Position numbers and translations under genes: made by a program
Part shown: in pieces, positions 35,116 through 47,480 of the stretch
How positions within the stretch are numbered: position 1 is the first letter of the stretch
Layout of the letters: the number at the start of each line of letters is the position of its first letter
NCBI GenBank assembly: GCA_038087875.1
Contig: CM075988.1
Coordinates: 17,796,001-17,860,000 of the forward strand
DNA from: Malacoraja senta
Taxonomy: Eukaryota
DNA length: 64,000 nucleotides
Direction of reading: 5' to 3'
Notes under the pieces: generated by a model
Database searches by the model: none
Told to the model about the DNA's origin: nothing
What the model saw: only the letters and a program-made list of their open reading frames with translations

Positions 35116-35675
35116 GTACTGTAGACCTGCTCACTCAGTAATCTCCCACCTTCTCATTCATATTAGTGAGGGAGGGCAGGGAGAGGGACGGCCGATGCAG
35201 CAAGCAGACCCAGATAGATGGACGGACGAGGTCAGACACGGATGAACTTCTATCTCCTGCTCTTTGTCAATATTCAGTGTGAGATTGGAGCAGGGCACGG
35301 GGCCAGTTCTGGCATTGAGGTGACTGATGGTGGCCGTGACTGACTCCTCGTAGAAAGTCTCTCCCCTTCAGTCGTTGTGTGTAACTGTACACAAAGTGGC
35401 ACCCATGTTTCCTTCAGTTCACCCATAACTCGGATGCGGTGGACTCAGATGAATTGAAGTCAAGACGTCATGGAGAATGTACAGCATTGAACAGGCCATT
35501 CAGCCCCAGTCCAGTGGGAACCCTTTCCACCAACACTTGGCCCATGCTCTCTGTGTCTGCATGGTTCACGTGCCCTGAACACTTCTCAAGCTCTGTGGGA
35601 AACTGCTTTCACCGTGTGTTGCATCCCGCCCCCACTCCGTCTAGTCCTCCGGCTGGGCCATGTGCTCCAGGTACT

Positions 35676-35958
35676 TTAGACTTTTAGAGATACAGCACAG
35701 GAAACAGGCCGTTCAGCCCATTGAATCCGTGGTGACCATCGATCACACCGTACGCTAGAACTATCCTACAATAGGGACAATTTATAGAAGCCAACTAACC
35801 TACTAACCTCGGTGTGTGTGAGGAAACCAGAGCATCCGGAGACTACTCACACGGTCACAGGGAGAAAGTACAAACTCCGTACAGACAGCACCCATAGTCG
35901 GGATCGAACCTGGGTCTCTTGCGCTGTAGGGTATCAACTCTACCACTGCACCACCGTG
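35676..35958 (-). mobile_element. HE1-like V-SINE
   Basis: Reverse complement of the SINE consensus. Confidence 0.85.
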
Positions 35959-38900
35959 TTATGGGAAGTGTTATTTGGAAGATCTTTTTATGGAGAAGAA
36001 ATACACAAATTTTGATCGGTTGGACCTTTTCATACCTGTTTCCATGGTTTTATTCAGCATGCTCTGAGATTAACGACATTTAATGAAGAACAGAGACATT
36101 CTGGTCCCCAGAGATCTCGTTTCGCTCAAATTCATTAACTGCAGATCCCGATCAGAAAGCAAATAAAGCCAACAGCGGCTGCAGCCCCCCCTTGTCTGGC
36201 ATGGTGATGTGCAGAATCTCAATGATGCAAAACATTCAGAGTTCCCTCTCTTTAAAAAAAAACACCCCAAATTTTAGTGAAGGCCCTGTTTCTGTGATGT
36301 ACGGCTCTGCGGTTTAAATAAACAACTAGCAGTAGGATGTAAAAGCAGTATGGATACAGCAGAGGATTTTAACTTTCCCACTCTTGACTGGGTTTGCCTT
36401 TGGGATTGACCGCAGAAAGGTCCCGACTTGAAAAGTAATCTTTCCTTTCACTCCAGAGATGATGCCTGACCCGTTGAGTTCCTACGGCACTTTGTTTTTT
36501 GTAACTGTGGACGTGTTTGTGAGATGTGAATGTGAATGTCTTGCATGGTATCTTCATAAAATATGCAACCCTTTACATCAGGACCCGTAAACAGATCTTC
36601 TTTAATGCAGGGTAAGTTTCAGACTGAAACGGGACACAGGATGCTAAGTCCATCCATAATTCATCCTTCCACCTTATCCACAATGGTTGTATTCCGATCT
36701 TCATCCGCATGTCCCCCGAGCTTGGGTTTCATGTTGAGATCCTACGTGTTCAAGAGATTATTAAATGTTGACAACAGCAAAGCCAGAACTTCAACTACGA
36801 ATGCACACGGTTGGCATCTCAGTAGCATTTCATTACTTCTATTTATCTCTTTTTGGCAAATGTGAGGATGATGATTTTGTTCCTTAAATAATGAAATGGA
36901 TCTGAGGAACGGGTCAGAGCCCCTCCTCTGAGTGAGGTGCTTGGGTAGTGTTTCAGCGCGTTGCTGATGCGACGGTTTGTGTGAGATGTTAAGGTGAAGT
37001 TGCCATCTACTGGCCTGGCCTCGTTTCTCCTGAACCTTCAGCATGGGAAGGTGACGATGAACGCTGCTTTCCTAAAGGCTTTGGCGAGATGCCCAACATA
37101 ACAGCTCTTGTGCGGGGGGGGGCAGCTAACAGGGAAAAGAGTGGAGACTATGGGTCTTGTTTTTGTTGGCAAGATATTGTGCAATAGAGAACTACGATGT
37201 ACCTCAAGTTCTTGGGTGAAGGTATGGTTGTTAATTTAGTGGACAGGAAAAAAGCAGGCAGGCAGGCAGGCAGGCAATTAACGTGAACTTAGGCAGAAGA
37301 GTTTCACGGCAATGTAGGTCAGGTGGAGATAATGTGGAAAACCATGATGTTGTCCATTTTGCCAGCAGAAATAAATTGTAGGGCCCAGTGCAGGATGTTG
37401 CAAAAGCCTGCATGTAGCTGCTGTAAGTAAATAGGAAAAGCAACAATGCTGGAGTTTATTACTCTGGAAATCAAATACAAGTAACAAATTGCATGGCAGA
37501 GTAGACGATGGGCCGAATGGCCCAATTCTGCAGCATTCACGTGAATTTATGAACCACATCTGTGCAATGTGCACAGTATTGCTGCCTTAGTTAATGATGT
37601 TGGGAGATTTGTTTTGGCTGCTACTTGGAATGGACAGATGGTCTTCCAAGGAAAGGTTGGACAGTCTTGGCTGGTACCTGCTGGAGTGTGGAGCGCAATG
37701 GAGGTTGATCCAACCACGCGCGGTTCTGAGAGGTTTTGATGGGTGGATGGTGAGATTTTCGGATGAGGCGACACTTGTTGAAGATCGAGGTCTTCGCAAC
37801 TCTCCCCAAAGGGAAGGTGGAAGAAGTCCTCAAATATTTTGAAGTCAATGGTGGGTGTATAGTTGAAGGCCAATTGGCACGCCAACCCATCCTTTGGGGG
37901 TGTAGAAGGAACCAGAACACTGGGAACCCATGCGGTCATGGAGACCATGCAAAGCCCACTCCAATGGTCCACCAATGGTGGAGATAAAGGATACAGCAGT
38001 GCTACCTGCTGCACTCCAACATGGGGGCTGGGGGGGGGGGGGGAGACGCTTGCCCTGCCAGCAAGTGGCGGCCACCATGTGGTTTCATCTCCTCATACCT
38101 GCCACTGGTGACATCCAAACTAATGAAGATCTATGATGAAATAGCAGGGTGCAAAATAATCTTATTTACATTCGATTTTATTTTCAATGGTTGGGCTGTA
38201 AAAGAAATGTGGTCACACGGTTAAAGAAAAACCTTGTGCAGGTAAGAGCATCTTGCAGGCGTTGACGTGAGCAATGTGTGGTGGGATTCAGGGAGGGCTG
38301 CCGCTGCTGCAGAGGGAGACGTCACCAGCACAACAACAGACACACAGACACAAACCAGAGGAAAGCTAGAATGAAAACGGAAAATGCTGGAAATAGCCAG
38401 GTCAGGCAGCATCTGTGGGTATAGAAGAGTTTCAGGTGGAGACCCCTCATTAGTCTGGGAAGGGGAGGGAAGAATGTAATAACAAGGAACAGCAGATGCT
38501 GGTTATACCAAAGAAGGACTAAAGTCCGGAGTACTCAGCGGGTCAAGCTGCATCTCTGCAGAACATAGATAGATTGCATTTCAGGTCGGGACCCCTCTTC
38601 AGACACAAAATGCTGGAGTAACTCGGGGGGTCAGGCAGTCTCTCAGCAGAACAGGGATAGGTGAAGTTTCCGTTCAGGACCCTTGCTCGGATTGATTGCA
38701 GGGGGGAAAGAAAGCTGGAAAAGAGGTGGGGCAGGACATTGGTGGAGCATGGGGGGGGGGGGGGGGGGGGATTGATGGGCAGATTGTTGGACAAATGCCA
38801 AAGATGAAAAGACAGGTGAGAGAGGAAGGTGTTTAAGCTGCAGTGAGGGGGAGTGGACAGACACATTTTAATTTTGGTTTGTGGAACGTACTTTCAATAT

Positions 38901-39322
38901 TGGTGAGGTGTGGCGGTCGGGCAGGTCAGAGATTCACCCCACAGCCAACAACCCTCAGATGGAAAAGGTCAGTGGACACAGTAATACAGGAGCAGCAGGA
39001 AATGTAAACATCAATGAGTTGACTGGGATGATACAGAGGACAGACAAGTCAAAAGGACACCGATGTCTTTGTCTCTGGTCGAATGTCCTCCCTTCCTCTT
39101 GCTTCCAGCCGTATTGTCCTAACGCCCCATCTTCCTCCGCACTGCCTTCGGCCGCTTGGTTTCAGAATGGTGTAGTTTGCGTACGTCGTGTGCCGCTCGG
39201 ATAGGAAGGGGACGTAGAAAGCACGGAGTACCTTTGACGATCTGAAACATAGATGTGGAATCAGCGGAGCCTGTGCAGGACATTGACTCCCGGTAATTGA
39301 CCGCGATCGCAAGCACGGGTTA

Positions 39323-39566
39323 AGGGCCTGTCCCACTGTACGAGGTAATTCACGAATTCTCCCGAGTTTTCCCCTGATTCGAACTCGCAGAATGACCGTA
39401 ACGAGTCCGGAGGAGGCCGTAGGAGTTCGTGGATGTTTCGTAGCGGCTCGTTATGCTAACCGTGGGTACTCGGGCCATCAGGTAAGTCGGGACGTTTTTT
39501 CATCCCGATGAAAATGTCCACGAGTAAAAAAATAGTCGGGATGTCTCGTACAGTGGGACAGGCCCA
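39323..39566. mobile_element. PIF/Harbinger-like MITE
   Basis: TTA|AGGGCCTGTCCCACTGTACGAG ... CTCGTACAGTGGGACAGGCCCA|TTA: about 22-bp terminal inverted repeats and a 3-bp TTA duplication. Confidence 0.85.
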
Positions 39567-42500
39567 TTACAGTTTAACCACCTTAATTCTCTGTCCTCTG
39601 GTTCTTCATTCCACTACTCTGGATAAAAGACTCTGTGCATTCACCGTATCTAGACCCCTTCATGATTTTATGCACCACTACAAGATCACCCCGCATCCTC
39701 CTGCGCTCCAAGGAATAAAGTCCTGGCCTGCACAACCTCTCCCCGCAGCTCAGGCCTTTGAGTCCTGGCAACATCCTCGTAAATGGTCTCAGTGTGCTTT
39801 CCAGCTTAACAACAACTTGCCTATAACATAATGATTAAACTGAGCACAATGCTCTAAAGTGGTTTCACCAATTTATTTCTTTACAATACTTGAAGAGTTG
39901 ACCATCTCGACCTTGCATGTGTGTCTGCATTAGAATCACACTCCATGAACACCAGCAGGAAGAGGAAAGAGAGGGTGAGTCAGAGACACCAAGCTGCCCC
40001 CTCTTTAATGGATTACAATGAAGACGTGGCTGGCTCCGCGGGGAAATCTAATCCCATTCTCCACAGACGCCAATGAACTCATGACCCAGAGTAGGGGAGC
40101 CAGGTGCACATTTATTCACTTGCGAACTTATATGGTATTTTAAGATGTTGAGTCTGCAGTTTAAAAATTTTGGAAAGGCAAGTAACTAAGTTTTCAATTC
40201 TCTTCCCTCATTGCAGTGTTTATACGATGATGTTCACTCAGACCCACCGTGCAAAGCAGTTTCAAAGGGCAGGGAGGGACCGGTGTAGGGAGGGGTGACA
40301 TCCGCAAATGTGTGGGCATGTGTGGAGGTCCTGCAACGTCCTGCACTGTCATCATGTCACTCTGAAGAAGGGTCTCAACCTGAAATGTCACCCGTTCCTT
40401 CTCTCCAGAGGTGCTGCCTGTCCCGCTGAGTTACTCCAGCGTTTTGTGTCTATCCCAGCATCCCCCATAGCTGGTTGTCCACCGGCAGAGAGAGCAGACG
40501 ACAGGATGACAGTGAGAGCGACTGATTCAGGGAGAACCAACCCCCTCTCCTACTGTTGCAACTCCCCGTGTGTCAGTGCAGGTGGAGTGTGGGTGGCTGA
40601 GGGAGAACCATACCTCCCCCCTCCCCCACCTCCCACTGCTCCAACCCCACGTCTCAGTGCAGGGGGAGAGCAGGCAAATTATTTACCTCATTTAATTCAA
40701 ATGCATTTTATTGCTATTGTCTTGGTTTTGTTCAAAACTTTTTTAAACTTTTAAAATCATAAAAGTTAACTACTTTTAATACTTAAATTAAGAACTTTTA
40801 GAATGTCACCGACATTAAAAGTTAAACTCGTTGACGACTTTGCATGCTGGCTCAAGATATTCTCTGCAATTAATTCAATTACTTCATGGCTTTTTACCAA
40901 ATAAATTATGTCTGGACACCATTGGCTGGATCTGTGAGGCTGTGCAAGTTGAAGGGCCCTTTGGCCCAACTCTCTCATACCTCAGAATAAAAGGACGTTC
41001 CTTTACAATGGAGATGACGAGGAATTTCTTTAGTCTGAGGGTGGTGAATCTGTGGAATTCATTGCCACAGATGGCTGTGGAGGCCAACTCATTGGATATT
41101 TTTAAAATGGAGACTGATCGGTTCTTGGTTTGTAAGGGTGTCAAAGGTTACAGGAAGGATAATGGGTTTGAGAGGGGAAAAATAGATCAGCCATGGGTGA
41201 TCTCTCCGGGTGCTCCAGTGTTCTCCCATACTCCAAAGACGTGCAGGTTTGTAGGTTAATTGGTTTCGTTATATTGTAAAAGTTGTCCACAGTGTGTAGG
41301 ATAGTGCTCGTGAACAGGGCGATCGTTGCTGGTGTGGACTCAGTGGGTTGAAGGGCCTGTTTCCGCACTGTATCTCTAAAGGCTAAAGAATGGTGCAACA
41401 GAGTCGATGGGCTGAATGGCCTAATTCTGCTCCTATGTCTTACGGACTTATGAGACCAAACTCACAGGCAACAGGTCGGAAGATTCCATCCACTGAGCCA
41501 CGTGGACAGAGACGGTGAAGATAATGTCACGGATGGAAAGCTGAATTAATTTAATTGTATTAAGATTGATGATTATCAGAGGGAAAATAATCTGTGCATA
41601 AGAGGATTGCTTTGATATTGTTGGAAAACAAACATCTTTGTTTCATTATTTTGCAGACGGATCCAAACGAGATATTTCCCCTGATGCAGCCAAACTGCAG
41701 AGATTACTGTGACAAGGATTTAATCGGAACCCGAGGGGCAACTTTTTTTTTTGCACAAATGGTGGTGGGTGTATGGAACGAGCTGCCGGAGGAGGTAGTT
41801 GAGGCAGGTATTATTGCAAGGCTTAAGAAACAAGTAGACAGGTATATGCATAGGTTAGGTTTAGAGAGATATGGGCCAAATGCAGGCAGGTGGGACAAGT
41901 GTAGATGGGGCATGTTGGTGGGTGTGGGCAAGTTGGGCTGATTGGTCTGTTTCTATGCTGTATGACTCTACGACTGTAGAAATGGAGATGGCAGAGTCCT
42001 AACTTCAGCTGGAGAGGCAAGTCACATGTGTGTACGGAGTGCCCCACAGCCCTATCGGGGGAGAGCAACACCAGGGGAGAAGTCTAATCTGCCCCACACT
42101 CGGTAATCCACAAATAATGCCCCAGAATAAAATTACGTGCCTTTAGAAAGGAGATGAGGAGGAATGTCTTTAGTCAGAGGCTGGTGAATCTGTGGAATCC
42201 ATTGTCATAGACGGCTGTGGAGGTCGTCAATGGATATTTTTAAGGCGGAGATTGACAGATTCTTGATTAGTGTGGGTGTCAGGGGTTATGGGAAGAAGGC
42301 AGGAGGATGGGGTTGAGAGGGAAAGATAGATCAGCTATGATTGAATGGCGGAGTAGACTTGATGTGCCAAATGGCCTAATTCTGCTCTTAAACTTATGAA
42401 CATGAATTTCCCTCATTTGTCCCACTTTCAGACCTGGTGGGAATCCGTAGCTGTCTGGGGATAGCTCACTGGGAATGCTCCTGGATGTGAATGGTGGGAG

Positions 42501-42836
42501 GGAAGGAGATTGGGAGTGGGTAGCGTGGGTGGTGGTGGGGAGTCAGGGACTTCTCCCCTGTAAACTCTTCCCCAGACATTGTGTGGCCTCTCACGGCGTA
42601 TGCCCAAAGATGGTTTGATCTTGGCACAGACTGGGAGGACGAGGAAAAGCAATTTAACTCGGCTTGGATTAGTTTCAAGTTTAAATCCTGTCCTCTTGTC
42701 TTTTAACATGCTGTGGCCCGTGACTTTTTGCTCAAAGTTTTGTATTTTCCACCTCTCAAACTTGGGCTGTATGCAATGAAAGTTACTCTGCAAATGGAGT
42801 TTGTCAATCCTCAAAGCTCTAATCACATTCGAGCAT

Positions 42837-43110
42837 CACAGGTGGCGCAGTGGAAGAGTTCTGCCTCACAGCGCCAGAGACCCAGGTTCAATCCTGACTA
42901 CGGGCGCTGTCTGTACAGAGTTTGTATGTTCTCCCTGTTTCTCCGGGTGCCCCAGTTTCCTCCCGCACTCCAAAGACATGCACAAATTGTAGTCTAATTG
43001 GCTTCGGTAAAATTGTAAATTGTCCTTAGCGTGTAGGAGGATAGTGCTAGTGTACGGGGGATCGCTGGATGGTGCGGTGGGCTGAAGGGCCTGTTTCCGT
43101 GCTGTATGAC
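42837..43110 (+). mobile_element. HE1-like V-SINE
   Basis: A and B boxes, V-domain and tail. Confidence 0.85.
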
Positions 43111-43639
43111 TAACAGCTAAAGAACAGGCCCTTTGGCCCATCGTATCCATGCGACATTCAAGGAGCCATCAATACAAAACGCAGCATTTGGTCTGCACCC
43201 TGGTTTACACTGGGGTGACCCAAATATTTATCAAATATATCTTTCAATATTCCAATCTGATCCAGGACATTTGGGCTTTTAAAACAGAACTCAGTGCAAA
43301 GCCACAGAGGTGGTGAACAGAGAGGGCGGGATGGTGCACACCACTTTCACCTCAGGACCCTCTGGGTTCCCACTGGCACTCCCCTTTCCTCCCGCATCCT
43401 AGGTACGTTAAATGGCTGCTGTAAATTCTCAAAAACATGAAAAGGGGAATTGATTTGCCTGTGAGAGGTTAGGTTTGAGGGCTGCAGGGAGGTGAGTGGT
43501 GAATGGGACTGCTAGGAGTTAGACATTGGCACAGTGGGTCAAACAGCAGCCATTTTGTATGAAGGGGCCGTTAACAAACATCTTAAGGAAGCAGAGAGGA
43601 AGGGGCAGATCATTCTGAGAGGTTTAAAACTCCATTACT

Positions 43640-44580
43640 CTGGTAAACATTCTCTGTACTTTTTCTAATGTGTCCTATAATGGGGCACACGGAACTGCAT
43701 GCAATACTGCAATGCGGTCTAACCAAAGTCCTATCAAGCTGCATCATGGCTTCCTGACTCTTCTCCCCAATGCCACGACCCATGAAAGCAAGCATACTAT
43801 ATGCCTTCTTTCCCACTCTATCTACTTGTGTCGCCTCTTTCAGGAAGTTATGGAATTGGATCCCATGATTCCTCTGTACATCAATGCCGTTGAGGGTCAT
43901 GCCATTAATTGTATATTTCCTCCTTACATTTGACCTCCCAAAGTGCAACGCCTCGCACTTGCTCGGATTAAACTCCATCTGCCATTTCTCCGCCCATTTC
44001 AGTGGTCGGTCTGCATCCTGTTGGATACTTTGACAGCCTTCCTCACAGTCCGTAACACCTCCAATCTTGGTGTCATCTGCAAACTTAAAACCAACCCGTC
44101 TACATGTATGTCTATCACCAACAGCAGCAGTCCCAGCTCAGATCCCTGCCTATCTAAAAGCCTCTTAAACACCTCCCCCAACGCACCTGGCAAAGCATTC
44201 TACGTCCCACCACCCTCTGAGTAAAAAAATACATCTCCATGAAACTTTCCACTCTCACCTTTATAGCTATGCCCTCTAGAGCTGGACATTTCCACCCTGG
44301 GAGAAAGGTTCTGACTGCCTACCCCAGCTATGCCTCTCATAATTTCATATATCGTCTCCCCTCATCCTCCGACGTTCCAGAGAAAACAATCCAAGTCGAT
44401 CCAACCTTTCCCTGTAGCTGAAACCCTCTAATCCAGGCAGCATTCTGGTAAACCTTCTCTGCACCCTCTCCAAAGCCCCCACATCTTTCCAGTGATGGGG
44501 CGACCAGAACTGCAATGTAATACTCCAATGCAATGCAGCCGAACATTTCAGTCCAACAGAGCTGCATCATGACTTCCTGA
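43640..44580 (-). mobile_element. Two CR1/HER1-like LINE ORF2 fragments
   Basis: ORFs MEFNPSKCEALHFGRSN... and QFWSPHHWKDVGALERVQRRFTRMLPGLEGFSYRERLDRLGLFSLERRRMRGD. Confidence 0.9.
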
Positions 44581-45246
44581 TCAGTTATGCTGAAATGTCA
44601 CTAGCATTAAGTGCTGGAAGTTGAAAGTACAGGAGATTCATTAAATGCCTGAAGATAAATTGTGTTTGAGGTTTTTGAAATAACACATGGACAGAAAGTC
44701 TACAGTTTGGCACGAGACCTCTCCGCAGTTAAAGTCAGTTGCTGGAAGATGATTAGACCTTTGATGTTAAACGTTGAAAGAATGGATTCTGCTTCCTGCT
44801 GAGCTGACAACTGCTTCAGGCAAATACTGACTCTAACTCCGGTCAGTTTCACCTCTCGAATGTCGCTATCAAAGCCCTGGTTAAGCTTCCACTTAATATC
44901 AAATCGCTGGCACAAATCCAGGCACGTCATAAACCGAAATCTGCCCTAGGATTGTTTTATTATTAATAACAGTTAATTCTGATCCCCTTCAAGAGTAATA
45001 GGGCGATCAGTTGAGCAGTGGGATGAAACAATCTGTTTTTACCCATGTGTAGGAAGGAACTGCAGATGCTGGTTTACACTGAAGATAGACACAAAATGCT
45101 GGAGTGACTCAGCAGGTCAGGCAGCATCTCTGGAGAAAAGGAATAGGTGACGTTTTGGATCGAGACCCTTCTTCACACTGAGAGTCAGGTGGAGAGGGAA
45201 ACTGGAGGTATGAGGCGGTACAGAGAACAAAAGAAAGGTACGATAA

Positions 45247-45465
45247 AGGGCCTGTCCCACTTTCACGACCTAATTCACGACCTCGTGGACATTTTTTATC
45301 ATGCTAGAAAAAACGCCCTGACCTACTTGATGCCACGAGTACCTAAGACTAGCATCACAGCCTACTACGACCTCCTACGACCTCGTGACGACCATGCTGC
45401 GAGTATGAGTCAAGGGCAAACTCGGCAGAGGTCGTGAAATAGGTCGCGAAAGTGGGACAGGCCCT
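45247..45465. mobile_element. PIF/Harbinger-like MITE
   Basis: TAA|AGGGCCTGTCCCACTTTCACGACCTAATTCACGACCTC ... GAGGTCGTGAAATAGGTCGCGAAAGTGGGACAGGCCCT|TAA. Confidence 0.88.
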
Positions 45466-46679
45466 TAAGAACAAATCAAGGGTAGCAAGGATGATAAAAC
45501 ACACCTGGCTGTGGTAGCGAGCCTGGGTTAAACCATTAACTGGTCTGAAGAAGGGTTTCGGCCCAAAACGTTGCCTATTTCCTTCGCTCCATAGATGCTG
45601 CTGCACCCGCTGAGTTTCTCCAGCATTTCTTTGTGTACCAACTGGTTTTCTCTCTTTCCCAGCTCTGACGAAAGGTGTTAACCGGAAGTGACTCTGCTAA
45701 TCCCTCCACAGATACTGCCTGACCTGCCAATTGTTTCCAGCTTGTTTTGTTTCCATTACAGATATTTCCTCCAACAATTTTTTTTGATGTGCAGTCCAGC
45801 TTCTCATTAAGAGGCCCGCAGTAACTTGGACTATTATGGACACTGAACAAAGCCTGTCTTGGCGATCAGATCACGTCAGCTTTTAGGATCACATTAATGA
45901 CTTGAGTTTGAATCTGTATCAGACATCTTTATTACACTCCTGAAGACAGTTATTAAAGTGATATTCATGCTAACAAGCTCCATCTGCAGCAGTAACGGTG
46001 GACTGGCCCCCAAACCAAGAACGACTAATTGCTCTTTACGTAAAAGTCTGCACTTTATCCTTTGACTAAAGTCACCTGAGGTGGTGGAAGCTGGCTCCGA
46101 ATGAGAACTGGTCTGGATATTTGTTTTTCTGATGAGCACAGATGAGGTGAAAGGAGATGAGCTCGGAGGAGCCTTGAGCTGATAAAAAAAATATTCAGAG
46201 AGAACGCTCGTCGCAGCTTGTATCGTGACTGCATTATGCAGCCGTTTAAAGAGGATCTCGCAGAGATAATGAGAACACCCTGACAAGTGAAATGCAATCA
46301 ATTCCGAATGTATTACTGGAGGATATGTGTTAATTGTATCAAAGGAACACCGACATTTCTGCAGTGCCTTTCACTATTAAAGTTAACAAACTACTGTGCC
46401 CACAGAAAATAGCAATGTCAGAATCACCAAATATTCAGCTTTCGTAATACTTTCCGAAGGATGAAACACTGGGCAGGAATCCTGGGAATAACTCCCTCTC
46501 TTGCCTGGACCTGTGTGTCTGGAAGCACCGGACTTGTGCAGTCATGTCTCTGAGTTTAAACCCACATTCAACTGACTTGCAGATGAAGAATACTATCAAC
46601 CAAACCACAGGAGCTAAAGCAGCTGCAATGTAAACCATGGATCTAATCGCAATGGTGTGCCTATTCTCACAATACATCT

Positions 46680-47480
46680 CTAGAGGACTCTGATTAGGCC
46701 ATATTTGGAGTATTGCGTGCAGTTCTGGGTACCCCATCACGGGAAGGATACGGAGGCTTTGGAGAGAATACAGAGGAAGATTATCAGAAAGCTGCCTGGG
46801 TTAGAGGGGATCAGCCACAGGGTGATGTTGGGCAGACTGGACTGTTTTCTCTGGAACGTCGGAGGTTGAGGGGAATAGAAACATATACAATTATGAGAGG
46901 CGTAGATAGGGCAGATTCATAACCTTATTTACCCAGGGTGGAAATGTCCAACACTAGGGGTTATAGCCTGTTCCTGTGCTGTAGTGTTCTATGTTCTATT
47001 TTTTAACTGCTAGGATTGTACTACAGGCGTCCCAATAACCAGCATGAGATAGGAACAGATAGATATGTAGACTGATTATAGAAAGATGTAATAGCAACAA
47101 GATTATTGGAGTGGGTGACTTTAACATCACCAGTATTGGCTGAGACATCCCCAGTGTGCAAGGCTTAGATAAGGCAGAATTTGTTAGGAGTATCCAAGGG
47201 GGTTTCCTAAATCAGTATGTTGGTGATCCCACTTGAGGAGTGACCACACTGGACCTTGTGTTAGGAAACGAGCCTGGCCAGGAGACTAGTGTTTCAGTGC
47301 GAGAGCATTTCTGGGAGCAATGACCACAACTCCTCAAGTTTTGAGATAGTTATGAATAAGGATAAGTCTGGACCCAGGCAGAAGGAACTATATTGGAGTA
47401 AGGCAGATCACAGTATTATTAGGCCGGGGCTAAGGAGATAAATTGGGAGCAGTTGTTACTGGGTAAGTCCACACCTGACT
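46680..47480 (+). mobile_element. CR1-like LINE fragments (3' ORF2, then an endonuclease-region piece)
   Basis: RPYLEYCVQFWVPHHGKD-type region, then gtgggtgactttaac (VGDFN) and ctggaccttgtgttaggaaacgagcctggccag (LDLVLGNEPGQ). Confidence 0.8.
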
